13,387 bases of DNA from a virus: positions 1 to 13,387 of IMG/VR virus record IMGVR_UViG_3300045988_085209, one strand, 5' to 3'. The position numbers and the translations under genes are program-made. The notes under the pieces are model-generated. The model was not told the origin of the DNA. It did not search any database and worked only from the letters and a program-made list of their open reading frames with translations. Positions 1-6,166 of the stretch are shown here, one piece after another (position 1 is the stretch's first letter; each line of letters begins with the position of its first letter).

Positions 1-19
1 CTACCTAATAAGGCAAATG

Positions 20-41
20 TGTAAAGGTTTTCCCCTTTACA
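20..41. repeat. Near-terminal 8-bp inverted repeat TGTAAAGG-N6-CCTTTACA
   Basis: 20-27 TGTAAAGG pairs with 34-41 CCTTTACA. A further direct CTTTACA copy lies at 44-50. The element is mirrored in the right ITR at 13347-13368. Confidence 0.8.
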
Positions 42-66
42 TACTTTACACCTAACATTTGGTAAA

Positions 67-82
67 TTGGTTGGTCAACCAA
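67..82. repeat. 16-bp near-perfect palindrome TTGGTTG-GT-CAACCAA inside the ITR
   Basis: 67-73 TTGGTTG is the reverse complement of 76-82 CAACCAA, with a 2-nt centre. This is too tight for a hairpin, so it is more likely a dimeric protein-binding site. It is mirrored at 13306-13321. Confidence 0.7.
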
Positions 83-110
83 CTTACTTATGTCCGGCCC
101 AGATCACAGA

Positions 111-182
111 CCTGCATATAGCGCAGGAGCTATGAGCATATAACAAATTTGATATATAGCAAACCTGCTATAAGCATATAAC
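111..182. repeat. Iteron-like repeats inside the ITR
   Basis: AGCTATGAGCATATAAC (128-144) and TGCTATAAGCATATAAC (166-182) match at 15 of 17 positions, 38 bp apart. GCATATA occurs three times (114-120, 136-142, 174-180). A 5-bp inverted repeat joins CCTGC (111-115) and GCAGG (123-127). The block is mirrored in the right ITR at 13206-13277. Confidence 0.7.
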
Positions 183-193
183 GAAAGAAGTAT

Positions 194-222
194 TTTACAA
201 CAGCCATACATAATATTATAAT
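194..222 (+). promoter_or_regulatory. Inward-facing sigma-A/sigma-70-type promoter in the left ITR
   Basis: -35 TTTACA (194-199), a 17-nt spacer, then -10 TATAAT (217-222). It lies about 55 nt upstream of the first + strand ATG (279). The leader contains an AGGC-GAAA-GCCT hairpin (234-245) and the SD GGAGGG (268-273). Confidence 0.7.
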
Positions 223-278
223 AAAGATGTTCCAGGCGAAAGCCTAACCAATTACAGCCCCAGGGGCAGGAGGGTAAT

Positions 279-452
279 ATGAAAAATTATGATGTGAGAT
301 ACTGGATCAAGGCTAATAGGGCCGAAGTTGAATATTCCATGATTGTATTTGCGAAAGATGCGAAAGAGGCTTGCAGGATCTGCAAGGAACGAGTAAAAGA
401 AAACTGTGGTCGAAATGCATTCCGGCCTGTAGCGAAAAGAGCGGAGGTGTAA
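279..452 (+). CDS. Hypothetical small basic early protein, 57 aa (not in the ORF track)
   Basis: Hand translation: MKNYDVRYWIKANRAEVEYSMIVFAKDAKEACRICKERVKENCGRNAFRPVAKRAEV, with stop TAA at 450-452. The SD GGAGGG lies 5 nt upstream, inside the ITR. There are 14 K/R against 8 D/E, and a CxxC-x7-C pattern. Confidence 0.65.
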   Translation: MKNYDVRYWIKANRAEVEYSMIVFAKDAKEACRICKERVKENCGRNAFRPVAKRAEV

Positions 453-454
453 TC

Positions 455-613
455 ATGCCAGCGATTATAGCCGCAATGAAGAACGACATCCTTGATATTC
501 CGAACACTTTCTATTTTCCAACATGGAAAGCTGCGCTGTCTTTCTATAAGAAGTACGGTGCAAATCTGATTGTAGTGCGGAACGCAATACTTCCGGAAGA
601 TTTGGAGTGGTGA
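455..613 (+). CDS. Hypothetical early protein, 52 aa
   Basis: ATG 455 is in frame within ORF-track entry 371..613, which begins at a TTG with no SD. SD GGAGG (444-448) lies 6 nt upstream of ATG 455. Product: MPAIIAAMKNDILDIPNTFYFPTWKAALSFYKKYGANLIVVRNAILPEDLEW. Confidence 0.6.
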   Translation: MPAIIAAMKNDILDIPNTFYFPTWKAALSFYKKYGANLIVVRNAILPEDLEW

Positions 614-622
614 GGAGGTTGA

Positions 623-784
623 ATGATGGTTGAATGTGTAGATCGTAAAGCGCTGGAGAAAGCATTAACAATAGCAGCGGCCAGCGGGAAAGACAAAGAT
701 CGTCGAATATGGGCCAAGGCGATTTGTGTGCTGCATGATATGCCAACGATTTTAATTGACCCAGAAGATGGAGGAAAAGCATGA
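623..784 (+). CDS. Hypothetical early protein, 53 aa (not in the ORF track)
   Basis: SD GAGGAGG (612-618) is followed by ATGATG at 623/626, and either ATG could be the start. Product: MMVECVDRKALEKALTIAAASGKDKDRRIWAKAICVLHDMPTILIDPEDGGKA. The stop TGA (782-784) overlaps the next ATG as ATGA. Confidence 0.6.
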   Translation: MMVECVDRKALEKALTIAAASGKDKDRRIWAKAICVLHDMPTILIDPEDGGKA

Positions 785-951
785 AATACTCACTCATTTA
801 CCATGACAATTGGTCATCGCTCGTAATGGGGAAATATGACACTTACGGAGAAGCACTCCTTGCAATGCTGGAAGCTCGAAAGTGGCATGAAATGCACCAC
901 GGCTATAACATAGTCAGATTTGAAATTCGGGAGGATTGCTATTATGGCTAA
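781..951 (+). CDS. Hypothetical early protein, 56 aa (not in the ORF track)
   Basis: The ATGA overlap with the previous ORF suggests translational coupling, and SD GGAGG (770-774) lies 6 nt upstream. Product: MKYSLIYHDNWSSLVMGKYDTYGEALLAMLEARKWHEMHHGYNIVRFEIREDCYYG. Stop TAA is at 949-951. Confidence 0.6.
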   Translation: MKYSLIYHDNWSSLVMGKYDTYGEALLAMLEARKWHEMHHGYNIVRFEIREDCYYG

Positions 952-1588
952 ATTCTCGGTCGATAAGTTAATCGCAAAGTACGGTTTACAGGGTGGGCGC
1001 GAGGCGCTCACCCCTTACGCGCTTGAGAACACCGAGATTTCAAAGCAGGATCTCAAGAAACTATATACAGAACTGCGCGACATTGCCAACAAGCGCATCA
1101 AGAGAGCGCAGAAAGCCGGTTACGGCCAGAATCTTGTTATTCGGCAGGGCGCGAAAAAGATCCCGAAGATCTCGGAAATCCGCACTGATGCGGAGCTTAG
1201 ATATCGAATTGGGGAAACTGCAATGCTTTTGGAGAATCCGCTTTCGACTATTTCCGGAATCGAGCGTATCGAATCGAAAAAGCTCGCAACTCTTGCGAGG
1301 CACGGGTTCGATTTCGTAAATGAGGGGAATTTGCAGGATTTCGGGCGTTTTATGGAATGGGTGCGCGCCAACTATTCCGATATGCTTTATGATTCAGATT
1401 TGGTCGCCAAACTTTATAAAACTGTCACCAAAGGTGGATTTACAGTAAGGGCCCTTAAGCGGATGTTTGATGAATATATGGATAATCTGGACGCATTCAC
1501 TCAGGTTGTAGAAGAAAATCCGGGCCGCACTGCGGCTTGGTACAGAAAGCAGCTGAAAAAGCGTGGCGTGTGGGTTGAGGAGGATTAA
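944..1588 (+). CDS. Putative terminal protein (replication primer), 214 aa
   Basis: It lies immediately upstream of the protein-primed polymerase in the same operon, as in phi29 gene 3/gene 2. ATG 944 has SD GGGAGGA (929-935); the ORF-track start at 920 is a TTG without an SD. The N-terminal segment KKLYTELRDIANKRIKRAQKAGYGQNL resembles phi29 TP KAEYARLVKNTKAKIARTKKKYGVDL by eye. The priming residue cannot be assigned from sequence. Confidence 0.6.
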   Translation: MAKFSVDKLIAKYGLQGGREALTPYALENTEISKQDLKKLYTELRDIANKRIKRAQKAGYGQNLVIRQGAKKIPKISEIRTDAELRYRIGETAMLLENPLSTISGIERIESKKLATLARHGFDFVNEGNLQDFGRFMEWVRANYSDMLYDSDLVAKLYKTVTKGGFTVRALKRMFDEYMDNLDAFTQVVEENPGRTAAWYRKQLKKRGVWVEED

Positions 1589-1591
1589 GGC

Positions 1592-3589
1592 GTGATCATT
1601 AGGGCAGATGATTTTGACCATGAATATATGAAGCTAACCGGCCTGCGGCGCATGCAAAAGAAGCATCGGGGGAATCCTGGGACACGAGCAAGGCGCAGAT
1701 ATCGCGATGAGGTAACGGCTTTTGATATTGAAACCTCCACGATTCCGGGAACACAGCAAGCGGTCATGTATATCTGGCAATGGCAGATCGGGGATTTCAC
1801 TGTTATTGGCCGCACTTGGGAAGAATTCCAGGATCTTTGTTACCGGCTCAAAGCGCAGTGCAAAGAGGATCAGTATATTGTGGTGTATGTGCATAACCTA
1901 TCCTTTGAATTTCAGTTTTTGGCAGGCATCTATGAATTTCAGCCGGAAGAAGTATTCTGCATCGAAAGCCGGAAGATCCTCAAATGTGACATGTTCGGCT
2001 GTCTGGAATTCCGCTGCTCCTACCTGCACAGTAACATGTCATTGGATGAATTCACACGCAAAATGGGAGTGGAGCACGCAAAGCTGCACGATTTCGACTA
2101 CAATCAATTCAGAGGGCCTTGGACAGCTCTAACAGATGATGAACTGCAATACTGCATAAACGATGTGCAGGGCCTTGTAGAGGCCCTTAAAATCGAAATG
2201 AAGCATGACGGAGATAATTTGTATTCCATCCCTCTGACCTCCACCGGCTATGTGCGCAGGGACGCGAGAGCAGTTCTAAAGGGCGTGAAGCATTTCATAG
2301 TGCAGGATATCCTGCCGGATTATGAAGTGTTTGAGATGCTCCAGGAAGCATTCCGCGGGGGAAACACCCATGCAAACAGATATTATGCAGGGCTGATCCT
2401 GGAGAATGTGAAAAGCGCGGATCGCTCCAGCAGTTACCCAGATGTACAGGTAAATTGCAAATATCCCATGTCGCGCTGGTTTCGTTCCGGAAACATCACA
2501 ACAGACCAATTATTTGACCTCATAGACCGCAGAGGGCGCGCAGTGGTAATGCGTGTTGCTTTATTCAATGTGCGCTTACACGATGAATTTTGGGGGTCTC
2601 CGTACCTTTCTATAAGCAAGTGCCGGAATATCAAGAATCACGAGCCGGACAATGGACGCATCCTATCTGCTGACTACTTGGAAACTACCATTACAGATAT
2701 TGATTTGAAGATCATCACTGACGAATACGATTTCGACAGCATGACCATTATCGACAGCGCGCACAGCAGATACGGCTATCTGCCGCGGAAATTTGTGGAG
2801 CTGGTCAACAAGTATTATCGGCTGAAAACAGAGCTGAAAGGCTCCGAGGATCTCTTTGACCAGCTGCTATACATGAAAAGCAAAAACAAGCTCAATTCGT
2901 TGTATGGCATGAGTGCCCAAAACCCCATCAAACCGGAAACGCAATTCAAGCAGGGCGAATTCAGCATCTTAGAGGAGGACTACAAAGAGAAGCTAGAAGC
3001 GCAAAACAAAAAAGCATTCTTTAACTATGCCTGGGGGGTGTGGTGTACGGCCTGGGCACGGCTGCGGCTGGAAGAGGGAATCCGGCTGGCCGGAAGCCGC
3101 TTTGTTTACGCTGATACGGATAGCGTGAAATATCTTGGCGAAATAGATTGGAGCGAATATAACGCCATCCGGGAAGCGCAGAGCAAAGCCCATGGGGCCT
3201 ATGCCATCGACAAAAAGGGAAAGGCCCATTACATGGGTGTCTTTGAGTATGAGGGCGAATATGCGAAATTCTCCACGCTGGGAGCCAAAAAATACTGCTG
3301 TGAGGACGCGGAGGGCAATTTGCAGATAACCATTGCCGGAGTGGGTAAAAAGGCCGGTGCGACCGAATTACGCCGGGCTGGCGGCATTTCCAGATTCAAG
3401 CCGGGATTTATCTTCCGGGAGGGTGGCGGATTAGATGCCGTTTATAACGATGATCCGGAGATAAAGGAAGTAACGATAGACGGCCACAGGCTGGAGATCA
3501 CCCGCAATGTGTGTCTTGTGCAGGGCGAATACACGCTGGGCCTTGCAGGGGATTATGAACGGCTATTGGATAGACTTGCGATAGAGTAA
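1592..3589 (+). CDS. Protein-primed family-B DNA polymerase (phi29 gp2-like), 665 aa
   Basis: Exo I is FDIETST, Exo II is HNLSFEF and Exo III is YCINDVQGL. Motif A is DRSSSYP (Dx2SLYP type), motif B is KNKLNSLYG (Kx3NSxYG), followed by TAWAR. Motif C is YADTDS and KxY is KKY. The start is GTG 1592 with SD GGAGG (1579-1583) 8 nt upstream. The next in-frame ATG (1628) has no SD. Confidence 0.97.
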   Translation: MIIRADDFDHEYMKLTGLRRMQKKHRGNPGTRARRRYRDEVTAFDIETSTIPGTQQAVMYIWQWQIGDFTVIGRTWEEFQDLCYRLKAQCKEDQYIVVYVHNLSFEFQFLAGIYEFQPEEVFCIESRKILKCDMFGCLEFRCSYLHSNMSLDEFTRKMGVEHAKLHDFDYNQFRGPWTALTDDELQYCINDVQGLVEALKIEMKHDGDNLYSIPLTSTGYVRRDARAVLKGVKHFIVQDILPDYEVFEMLQEAFRGGNTHANRYYAGLILENVKSADRSSSYPDVQVNCKYPMSRWFRSGNITTDQLFDLIDRRGRAVVMRVALFNVRLHDEFWGSPYLSISKCRNIKNHEPDNGRILSADYLETTITDIDLKIITDEYDFDSMTIIDSAHSRYGYLPRKFVELVNKYYRLKTELKGSEDLFDQLLYMKSKNKLNSLYGMSAQNPIKPETQFKQGEFSILEEDYKEKLEAQNKKAFFNYAWGVWCTAWARLRLEEGIRLAGSRFVYADTDSVKYLGEIDWSEYNAIREAQSKAHGAYAIDKKGKAHYMGVFEYEGEYAKFSTLGAKKYCCEDAEGNLQITIAGVGKKAGATELRRAGGISRFKPGFIFREGGGLDAVYNDDPEIKEVTIDGHRLEITRNVCLVQGEYTLGLAGDYERLLDRLAIE

Positions 3590-3590
3590 A

Positions 3591-3620
3591 ATAAGCCCTC
3601 CCCGAATGGGGAGGGCTTAT
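3591..3620. terminator. Bidirectional rho-independent terminator at the convergence point of the two arms
   Basis: A perfect 13-bp stem joins ATAAGCCCTCCCC and GGGGAGGGCTTAT around the 4-nt loop GAAT. The GC-rich core is followed by TTATTTT-type runs on both strands. It sits between the polymerase stop (3587-3589) and the stop of the - strand gene (3622-3624). Confidence 0.85.
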
Positions 3621-3621
3621 T

Positions 3622-4032
3622 TTAGGTAAACGAAATATCGTTAAACCGAATATAGGATTTTGAATACAGTCTTACCGTTGCATTATCAATTTGCGCTTTT
3701 GCCGGTATATCAAGATTAAATATGTCCGATGGGTTGACAGTGTTTTTTCCTACCGAATAGAGCTGATTCCCAGAACTATCATAGATGTAAAAATAAAATT
3801 CTGCTGCCGAAGAACCAATCTTGGTTTCATCCAATTTCGCTTTAGTTCGGCCTTTTAACGGAACCCCCTGAAATTCACATTGTGAAAATGAGTACATTAC
3901 AAGCCCGTCAGCAGCTAAGTTGACAGTTCCGCTTATTTTAACATATTTATAATCCGTTTTGGCGTTCGCAAAAAGATGTATTTCTTTTGGAGCAGCTTTT
4001 CCCATATACATATACGCAGTATTAACGATCAT
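3622..4032 (-). CDS. Hypothetical beta-rich protein, 136 aa; possible carbohydrate-binding or receptor-binding accessory module
   Basis: SD GAGGAGG lies 7 nt upstream of ATG 4032. This is the last gene of the late operon, directly after a fibre gene. G+C is much lower than in its neighbours. The alternating hydrophobic pattern and the C-terminal YIRFNDISFT resemble beta-sandwich CBM-type modules, but this is a weak by-eye impression only. Confidence 0.7.
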   Translation of the reverse strand: MIVNTAYMYMGKAAPKEIHLFANAKTDYKYVKISGTVNLAADGLVMYSFSQCEFQGVPLKGRTKAKLDETKIGSSAAEFYFYIYDSSGNQLYSVGKNTVNPSDIFNLDIPAKAQIDNATVRLYSKSYIRFNDISFT

Positions 4033-4044
4033 CTTGACACCTCC

Positions 4045-4761
4045 TCACCCCAGGTTGATGATGTTCATGTAGACACTCTGCTCCGGAATGCTGGTGGCGT
4101 AGAATGTCACCTGATTCTGCGCCTGCGCGGTCGCTCTGATCTGCGCTGCCACAGCAGCATCAAAGCTGTTAGGGCTGGGGGAGATCACAAGATTGGTATT
4201 CGCGTTCACCTGCGCCACAGTCGCGATCTGCTGGTAGCCTTCCCCGGAGACAGTCCAGCCGGCCACGGTCAGCTGCACACTGGAGCCGGTCGATTTATTG
4301 GCCTTGGTTTCCAGCTGGGCCGCGGTGGCGAAATAGTCCGCGCTATGGCCATCCAGGGTGTCCGCGTCAATAGGGCCGGAATCCGCAGCGCCTGCGACAA
4401 AGACGGTCAGCAGGGTATCAACCAGGATGCCCAGCACGCTGGATCCGATGATCCATGCGCCATCCGGGGGGGTTGTCCCGCCGGGGGTAAGTACGGAGAC
4501 CTGCGTTCCGTCAATGGTCATGGTGTCCCCGGATTTCCACTTGCCGGTGGCCTTAAAGGTGATAACCTTATTATCCGGCTGCTGTCTGGTGAGGGCGTGT
4601 ACAGTGCCGCTAACCACTTCGGTGGCGTTTCCGACACCGAGCACCTGCACCTGCTTCAGAGCGGTATCAACGCGCTGCATGTTCACATTCTCAACGGAAA
4701 GGGGATTAAAAAGGTCGCTGCCCTCATATTCAATGAGGTTGAAATTGGTGGTATTAGTCAT
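4045..4761 (-). CDS. Tail fibre / receptor-binding protein, 238 aa
   Basis: SD AAGGAGG lies upstream. The N-terminus TNFNLIEYEGSDLFNP...NVNMQRVDTAL matches the widespread Firmicutes-phage fibre N-terminal motif (xNYxLxKPExxD...NxNMDxID). The DADTLDGHSADYFAT motif is typical of phage fibres. The C-terminal head is beta-rich. Confidence 0.75.
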   Translation of the reverse strand: MTNTTNFNLIEYEGSDLFNPLSVENVNMQRVDTALKQVQVLGVGNATEVVSGTVHALTRQQPDNKVITFKATGKWKSGDTMTIDGTQVSVLTPGGTTPPDGAWIIGSSVLGILVDTLLTVFVAGAADSGPIDADTLDGHSADYFATAAQLETKANKSTGSSVQLTVAGWTVSGEGYQQIATVAQVNANTNLVISPSPNSFDAAVAAQIRATAQAQNQVTFYATSIPEQSVYMNIINLG

Positions 4762-4775
4762 GTTTCACTACCTCC

Positions 4776-4994
4776 TTAAAACTGTTTCAGCCGGGAAATG
4801 ATCTCCGGCGCTTTTTGATTGCTGGTGGTGATAATGAATGTCCAGCGCGCGTTTCCGCTCTCCTTGGCCGCTTCATAGGTGAATTGGTTTTGCTCCAGGA
4901 AGTTTATCACCTGGGAAGCGTTTCCGCCATTTTCGGTGGCCCACAGGAGATTTGCTTCCTGCGCACCCCATTCGTCAAAGGTGATGGGATTCAT
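4776..4994 (-). CDS. Hypothetical protein, 72 aa, between the two fibre genes
   Basis: ORF-track entry with SD AAGGAGG 8 nt upstream of ATG 4994. No recognisable motif. From its position it may be a fibre assembly or adaptor protein. Confidence 0.6.
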   Translation of the reverse strand: MNPITFDEWGAQEANLLWATENGGNASQVINFLEQNQFTYEAAKESGNARWTFIITTSNQKAPEIISRLKQF

Positions 4995-5007
4995 TTAATT
5001 TACCTCC

Positions 5008-5592
5008 TTAGTTGGGATAGAAGATCTGATAGCCATTAACCACAATGTCGGTGCAGGTGGCCTTATAGCCCACAACGGTGGTAACGGTGCGCTGTGCATT
5101 CCCGATCTGTGCCACACTGATTGCGCCGGTGAGATGGAACGCGGACAGATAATCGAACATCTCCTGCACTGTCACATACTTGCCGGTAAACAGGTTCAGC
5201 ACCTTTAGATCAATCAGACCCTTGGAGATTTCCTCCATCAGAAATTCATTATTCTGTGCGATCTGCGCATTGGTGTAACCTCTCGCGGCCACCAAATTCG
5301 CGTCAATTTCCGCATCCTGCTGTTTCAGCTGCTCCTGGAATCCAGACAGTGCGCCATTGACCACATTTTGAAAATCTCGAATCGCGGTTTCAACAGATTG
5401 TTTCAGTTCCAGATTAGCTTGGTTGGAGCGTTCCGCTTCGGCTGCGACCTTTTCATCCGTATAGGTTTTGGCCGCGTCCAGAACTTCAGTGCTCCACTTG
5501 TCCACCGCTTCCGAAACCCTCTTGACCTCTTTTAACACCCAGTCAAGGTTGAGATCATGGAAATTGGTATAGGGGAACTGTTCAAATGCCAT
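5008..5592 (-). CDS. Putative tail fibre/appendage protein with central coiled coil, 194 aa
   Basis: SD GGAGGTG lies 5 nt upstream of ATG 5592. The N-terminal FPYTNFHDLNLDWVLKEV motif recurs at the N-termini of Firmicutes prophage fibre proteins (from memory). Residues ~25-110 are heptad-like and helical. The position corresponds to phi29 gene 12. Confidence 0.55.
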   Translation of the reverse strand: MAFEQFPYTNFHDLNLDWVLKEVKRVSEAVDKWSTEVLDAAKTYTDEKVAAEAERSNQANLELKQSVETAIRDFQNVVNGALSGFQEQLKQQDAEIDANLVAARGYTNAQIAQNNEFLMEEISKGLIDLKVLNLFTGKYVTVQEMFDYLSAFHLTGAISVAQIGNAQRTVTTVVGYKATCTDIVVNGYQIFYPN

Positions 5593-5605
5593 TGTATCAC
5601 CTCCA

Positions 5606-6166
5606 TCAATAAACTAACAGGCAAAATCTTTCTTTGAATTCGCCTATGATCTCGTACACGGTCGAATATTTCCGGCTTTCGCGTTCGCTCTCCAGCATCT
5701 GCTGGGTGGTGGTCACGCCGATATTACCGGAGATCCTCGCGGTGTGTCTGCTCTGCGAGGTTGTGGCAGTTCCGGTTCCTGCGGTCTGAACTGTGCGTTC
5801 CCGGTCAGCCATATCCGCTTCATTGAATCCCGCAACGGAAAGGTCGGTGATGTTGCTTCCGGAATTTTTTACGCTTCCTGCGCCATCATCCACCCAATCT
5901 TCCTGCCGGTCGTAGTTGTGAATCGGATTGTATTCCACCGTTTCCGTGTCCAGCATCTTCGACCAGGCATTTACACGCACATTCGACCATCGGCCCAGAA
6001 GCTGTTTTATGATATCCGGATTGGGTGTCAGTAGTTCCAATTCGGCAGTGTCAAACAGGAGCATTTCAATAAAATCGTCCCTATCAATGCCTGCAGGCAG
6101 CTTGAGATCGTCCAGAATATCCTCGCGGAAACTATACAGCCCCAGCAGGCTCAATGTTGCCATCAT
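5606..6166 (-). CDS. Putative lower collar / head-tail adaptor, 186 aa
   Basis: The ORF-track entry 5606..6232 is trimmed to ATG 6166 (Met23), which has GGGAGGTG 6 nt upstream. It lies directly downstream of the portal gene, as phi29 gene 11 follows gene 10. The function is assigned by synteny only. Confidence 0.45.
   Translation of the reverse strand: MMATLSLLGLYSFREDILDDLKLPAGIDRDDFIEMLLFDTAELELLTPNPDIIKQLLGRWSNVRVNAWSKMLDTETVEYNPIHNYDRQEDWVDDGAGSVKNSGSNITDLSVAGFNEADMADRERTVQTAGTGTATTSQSRHTARISGNIGVTTTQQMLESERESRKYSTVYEIIGEFKERFCLLVY

Larger units (their letters stand above)
1..277. repeat. Left inverted terminal repeat (277 bp)
   Basis: The reverse complement of 13111-13387 is identical to 1-277 in every 10-nt block I compared. 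Identity ends at 278 (t), where the mirrored base is a. Confidence 0.98.

Noticed and set aside
313-1011. - strand ORFs 313..507, 465..797 and 814..1011, and the TTG-initiated 371..613 start
   Set aside because: None has an SD. They run against a chain of four + strand micro-ORFs that each have a GGAGG SD and coupled stop/start codons. The 371 TTG start overlaps the preceding 57-aa gene and lacks an SD, whereas ATG 455 has one.
3920-3953. + strand promoter-like TTGACA (3920-3925) with downstream CATATT/TATAAT, antisense to the late operon
   Set aside because: The perfect TATAAT is 22 nt from the -35 box, which is too far, and the 16-nt-spaced hexamer is only 4 of 6. The region is about 38% GC, where such matches arise by chance. 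Other TTGACA hits at 3734, 4034 and 8399 also lack a usable -10 box.
4384-4458. The hydrophobic stretch AWIIGSSVLGILVDTLLTVFVAGAA in the fibre protein as a transmembrane helix
   Set aside because: It contains an internal Asp and several Gly, Ser and Thr residues. It also matches the beta-strand-rich segment commonly seen after the conserved N-terminal domain in Firmicutes phage fibres. A membrane anchor in the middle of a virion fibre is implausible.
3976-4779. A 267-aa + strand ORF antisense to the fibre gene, plus similar antisense ORFs at 7915..8436 and 5928..6593
   Set aside because: The explanation is the same mirror-frame effect: 3976.. is codon-aligned with 4045..4761, 7915.. with the knob gene, and 5928.. 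with the portal gene. None has an SD, and all overlap well-supported - strand genes with strong SDs.
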